Positions 58,839 to 62,377 of a stretch of DNA of 62,377 bases are shown here, one piece after another. Source of the stretch: Phycisphaerae bacterium (lineage in GTDB: Bacteria > Planctomycetota > Phycisphaerae > UBA1845 > Fen-1342). Numbering within the stretch: position 1 is the first letter of the stretch; each line of letters begins with the position of its first letter. The notes below the pieces were generated by a model. It ran no database searches, was not told the DNA's origin, and saw nothing but the letters and a program-made list of their open reading frames with translations. Location: the NCBI GenBank assembly GCA_050115495.1, contig JASFQK010000041.1:1-62377 (forward strand). Direction: 5' to 3'. The translations under genes were made by a program, and so were the position numbers.

Positions 58839-59426
58839 TCAACGCGGCAACAGCGTCTTCAACAAGTCCGTACTCCACAGCCAGTATACCGCGTAGACCA
58901 TCGCTGCAAGAACGAGCAATCCAAGAAGTGAGCGATGTTTCCTGTGGCCTTTGCCGACGGTAGTGATCCGACCAGGTCTGATGACCATCGGCGTATCGGC
59001 GGCAAGACGGTCAGATTCGAGCAACTCCTCGATTTCGCATTCACAGGCCCAGTATTGGCAAACCCCTTCGTAAGGCGGCAGCAGCTCAGGATATCTCAAC
59101 GCCACCTGCGTCGGGACGAAGGCCCCGTGATACTGTTTCGCTGAGTCACAACGCTTTCCGATGCGAATTCGGAAGCCGGCAATTGCGCCTTCGGAATCAC
59201 GCGCCTGCCGAATCTCCGCCCGGCAGTACTCACGCTCTCGCTTGAACCACTCGCGCTGAACCTTCTGCCGCTGGCGGATCAGTTCCTTCTCCAGCTTGGC
59301 TGAATCCCGCCCGGCCTTTCGGCCGTCGATCAAGAAGCTGGCTTCGCCCTTCGTTCGTGGGGCTTCACCGCTGTATCCCAACTTATCGAGGAAACGAAGC
59401 TGCGCGTCAGATGGTCCATCTGTCAT
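58839..59426 (-). CDS. hypothetical protein with C-terminal TM helix
   Basis: Purine-rich RBS; N-terminal PSDAQLRFLDKLG...TKGEASFLID motif; Cys cluster CQYWACEC; hydrophobic C-terminus. Confidence 0.7.
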   Translation of the reverse strand: MTDGPSDAQLRFLDKLGYSGEAPRTKGEASFLIDGRKAGRDSAKLEKELIRQRQKVQREWFKREREYCRAEIRQARDSEGAIAGFRIRIGKRCDSAKQYHGAFVPTQVALRYPELLPPYEGVCQYWACECEIEELLESDRLAADTPMVIRPGRITTVGKGHRKHRSLLGLLVLAAMVYAVYWLWSTDLLKTLLPR

Positions 59427-59628
59427 CCCCTCGCTCCCTTCCGACCGGTGCGTGACAGTCTCATTCCAGTCTACGTGTCCGATTCCGGCCGCATCATCCT
59501 GCTTTCTTGGTCTGGCATGCAGGTGTTGTTGCCGACAAATCGGTCGCCGTCAAGATGGAATCTCCCGCGTCGCTCGCTTGGCAAGTGTCGCGCGCACACG
59601 GTGCTCGACAACAGGGCCCCTCGCGAGT

Positions 59629-61056
59629 CTACTTCCCCCCTCGCCCCAACCCCCGAAACGCCTGCATCACGAACTCCCGCGTTCGGCGGCGGTCGACGAT
59701 CGGCGGTGGGTAGCCGGTCGCCGAGCGCAACGCTTCGTCGGGGCAGTGCACCTGCTTCGCGGGGAGCGTCGCCAGTTCGGGGAGCCAGCGGCGGATGAAG
59801 TCGCCGGCGGGGTCGTAGCGGCGGCTCTGGTTGAGCGGGTTGAAGATGCGGAAGTACGGGGCGGCGTCGGTGCCGGTCGAGGCTGACCATTGCCAGCCGC
59901 CGTTGTTGCTGGCGAAATCGCCGTCGACGAGGTGCCGCATGAAGTGCCGCTCGCCCCACCGCCAGTCGATGAACAGGTCCTTCGTCAGGAACATCGCCAC
60001 GATCATCCGCAGCCGGTTGTGCATCCAGCCGGTCTCGGCCAGTTGCCGCATACCCGCGTCGACGATCGGATAGCCCGTCCGCCCCGCACACCACGCGGCC
60101 AGCGCCCGCTCGTCCTGACGCCACGGCAACGCCTCGGTCTCGGGCTTGAACGGGCGGTCCATGCACACGCGCGGATAGCCGAGCAGAATGTGCCGGTAGA
60201 ACTCCCGCCAGATGAGCTCGCTGATCCAGGTCGTCACGCCCTTCCGCCCCGTGTCGAGCCGGCCGGCGTTCGCTTCGAGAGCCGCGTGCAGGCACTGTCG
60301 CGGCGACAGGACGCCCGCCGACAGGTACGGCGAGAGCGTGCTGGTGCCGTCAAGGGCGGGGAGGTCGCGGTGTTGGTGATAGTCGCCAATTGTCGCGGAA
60401 ATGAAGGATTTGAGCCTCTTCTGCGCCGCCCGCTCGCCCGCCGGCCAGAGGTCCGCCCGTCCGCCGCCGGCGAAGCCGCGAAGCGTGGTCGGGATGGGGT
60501 CGGGAGCGATTCCGGTCGGGTCCTGTCGGCGAGGCTTGGGCCAGACCGTCGGCGGGCCGTCGTTTCGCACGGTCTCGCACCATTTGCGCTTGAATGGCGT
60601 AAATACGGTGTACCAGCCGCCGGCGCCGGTGCGCAGCCGGCTGACGTCCGCCGCCGTCTGGTCGACGAAAGCGTGCACGGTGCGGCCGCTCCGCTCGAAC
60701 AGGTCGGTAACCGCGTCGTCCCGTCGGCGTTCGTTCAGCTCGGGCTCGCGGTTGAAGTAGAGTGCGTCGCAGTGGTGGCGTTTGGCGAGCTGGAGCAGCT
60801 TCTGCGGCACGGCGGCGAATCGCTCGGTGCGGATGAGCAGAAGCGGGATGTTGAGCTTCGCGAGGGCGACGGAGAGCGCGGCGACGCCGCGGAGGACGAA
60901 ATCCACCTTCGCCGAGCCCCAATGGTGCTCCGCCCACTGCCGCGGGCAGACGGCGAACACGCCGACCACGCCGGCGTCGGCCGACCGGGCGGCGTGGTGC
61001 AACGCCGTATTGTCGGCGACCCGCAGATCGGCCCGAAACCACATCAGCGTCCGCAT
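59629..61056 (-). CDS. phrB: deoxyribodipyrimidine photolyase (class I CPD)
   Basis: WFRADLRVADN, TSTLSPYL, ELIWREFY, GRTGYPIVDAGMRQL, GWMHNRLRM, DGDFASNNGGWQW, YFRIFNP. Confidence 0.96.
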   Translation of the reverse strand: MRTLMWFRADLRVADNTALHHAARSADAGVVGVFAVCPRQWAEHHWGSAKVDFVLRGVAALSVALAKLNIPLLLIRTERFAAVPQKLLQLAKRHHCDALYFNREPELNERRRDDAVTDLFERSGRTVHAFVDQTAADVSRLRTGAGGWYTVFTPFKRKWCETVRNDGPPTVWPKPRRQDPTGIAPDPIPTTLRGFAGGGRADLWPAGERAAQKRLKSFISATIGDYHQHRDLPALDGTSTLSPYLSAGVLSPRQCLHAALEANAGRLDTGRKGVTTWISELIWREFYRHILLGYPRVCMDRPFKPETEALPWRQDERALAAWCAGRTGYPIVDAGMRQLAETGWMHNRLRMIVAMFLTKDLFIDWRWGERHFMRHLVDGDFASNNGGWQWSASTGTDAAPYFRIFNPLNQSRRYDPAGDFIRRWLPELATLPAKQVHCPDEALRSATGYPPPIVDRRRTREFVMQAFRGLGRGGK

Positions 61057-61241
61057 GATCGGTCTTCCCTGGCTCGGCCGGACGTTCGCCGCCGGCGGGC
61101 CCGACGGTCGGCGGGCCCCACGCCGTGCCCCGATCTCACCCTGCCGGCGGGCGCGGCTGCCGGGCGGCGTCCTGGGTATCGTATCGGACGTTGGCCGGCG
61201 TGGCTGCGGGGGGCAGCCGACGGCCAAGCCGGGCCCGGCGC

Positions 61242-61269
61242 TTGACTTGACGGGCGGGGGTGATACGCT
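61242..61269 (+). promoter_or_regulatory. putative sigma70 promoter for tRNA-Asn
   Basis: TTGACT-N16-TACGCT with TGn extended -10. Confidence 0.5.
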
Positions 61270-61305
61270 AAGGGTCTGTCGGCGGTCCGCCGAACGCCCC
61301 GCCGA

Positions 61306-61377
61306 TCCCCGATAGCTCAATGGTAGAGCGAGCGGCTGTTAACCGCTAGGTTGTAGGTTCGAGTCCTACTCGGGGAG
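61306..61377 (+). tRNA. tRNA-Asn(GTT), CCA not encoded
   Basis: Acceptor TCCCCGA/TCGGGGA, D-arm GCTC-AATGGTA-GAGC, anticodon AGCGG-CTGTTAA-CCGCT, T-arm GTAGG-TTCGAGT-CCTAC. Confidence 0.97.
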
Positions 61378-61423
61378 ATCAACAATCGGTCGCGAATCTG
61401 GCGACCGTCCAGTTCACACAAGA

Positions 61424-61458
61424 CCCCGGGCAAGAGAGTGCTCGGGGCTGTTTGTTTT
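61424..61458 (+). terminator. probable intrinsic terminator after tRNA-Asn
   Basis: Stem CCCCGGGCA/TGCTCGGGG with a 6-nt loop, then CTGTTTGTTTT. Confidence 0.65.
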
Positions 61459-61581
61459 AACGCGAGGACTCGCAAGGATTTACGGATGCGACCGAACCTG
61501 CCCGGGCGACGAGAGAGCGCCGTTTCGGCCCGCTCCCACGCTGCTGGGCGGTTCAGGCCGTCCTTCTGGGCCAGCGCTCTC

Positions 61582-61645
61582 TGTTTCTCTCGTTAACAAC
61601 CGACCATCCTGTTTACAGCGCACCAATCAGTTCACAGCGGCCGCC
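61582..61645 (+). mobile_element. candidate transposon end (TGT terminus plus three 19-bp-period repeats)
   Basis: TGT at 61582; GTTAACAAC (61592), GTTTACAGC (61611), GTTCACAGC (61630). Confidence 0.4.
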
Positions 61646-62377
61646 CTGGGCTCCCGGCGGCTTCCGCTGCCGCTAGCACAAGCGACAGCCCAGTCTCCGT
61701 CTTCGTCGAATCGCTCGCGAAGCTCCGGCTGGCTGCGGCAGAGCTTCTGACACTCTCAATGAACACCGACAGATATCCAGAGCCACAGGTCAACGCGTAC
61801 CACGACGCGCTGCGTGCCGCGATCGAGCGTGTTGACAATATGAGCGCCACTCTGGTGAACGGGTGTGAACACCTGGGCCAAGTCGAAACCACGGCGCGTG
61901 AATAGCCGCACAAGCTGTCCCAGGCCATGCGGCACGTAGCTTCCAACGACAACAATCGCCCGGGCGGGTATCCACTGAGTCGGAACATCACTGGGCCCGC
62001 GTGGCAGGTTCTGAACGAGTCCGCCGCAATTGAGTTGACGTTGAAAATGACCACCATCTCATCCGAAGAGCTGCGAATGAGCGACGAAGAGCGGCGCGTA
62101 TCCGCGTTAGTCATGCTCATGCTGCTCGCGCAGGCCTACTACAGGATGCTCTAGTCCACGATATCCATGGCGAGCTCGTGTAACGCGCTCGACATGGAAC
62201 TCAACCAGTACTATCTTTGGGTCACCACAAGTCTTACGGACCTGCTCAGGAATGACGAGGATCTCGCAGACTTCCCGACACCATTTGAGCCGTTGTTTGC
62301 GAGCTATAACCGAATTTCGTTGATGGCGGGATGAAAAAAGGCGGCGTACTCTCGGGATCAAGATTGGTTCCGAGCCG

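Noticed and set aside
61903..61905. Pyrrolysine or recoded amber read-through
   Set aside because: TAG is used as a normal stop in many genes here and no pyl machinery is visible.
62107..62361. 84-aa minus-strand ORF at the window edge
   Set aside because: No recognisable motif or RBS and the context is truncated; cannot be supported.

Overview
GC-rich bacterial DNA, probably Planctomycetota/Phycisphaerae (inferred from the dockerin-tailed beta-propeller protein and the Sec-type YD-repeat protein). From left to right: (1) the right end of a decayed island inserted in tRNA-Gly(TCC), carrying a >1450-aa signal-peptide YD/RHS protein that runs off the window, a truncated HerA-like ATPase and an attR made of the tRNA 3' half plus arm-type repeats; (2) an ArsR-controlled Hmc-like redox operon (NarI/HmcE-like, HmcB/HybA-like ferredoxin, NrfD fused to a 6-heme cytochrome c, and a 23-heme cytochrome); (3) the most striking element, a ~36.6-kb, 17-gene MacAB-TolC-like operon with one membrane-fusion protein, two ABC ATPases, one TolC and 13 tandem, intact, translationally coupled ~800-aa double-MacB/FtsX (ADOP-type) permeases, driven from a sigma54 promoter beside a divergent NtrC-type regulator and an intramembrane-sensing-type kinase; (4) a propeller-Ig-dockerin surface protein, an erythromycin-esterase-like fusion, two hypothetical proteins, a CPD photolyase, tRNA-Asn(GTT) and a candidate transposon end. 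Permeases are numbered P1-P13 from the promoter (right to left). All counts and alignments were done by eye; no database was searched.
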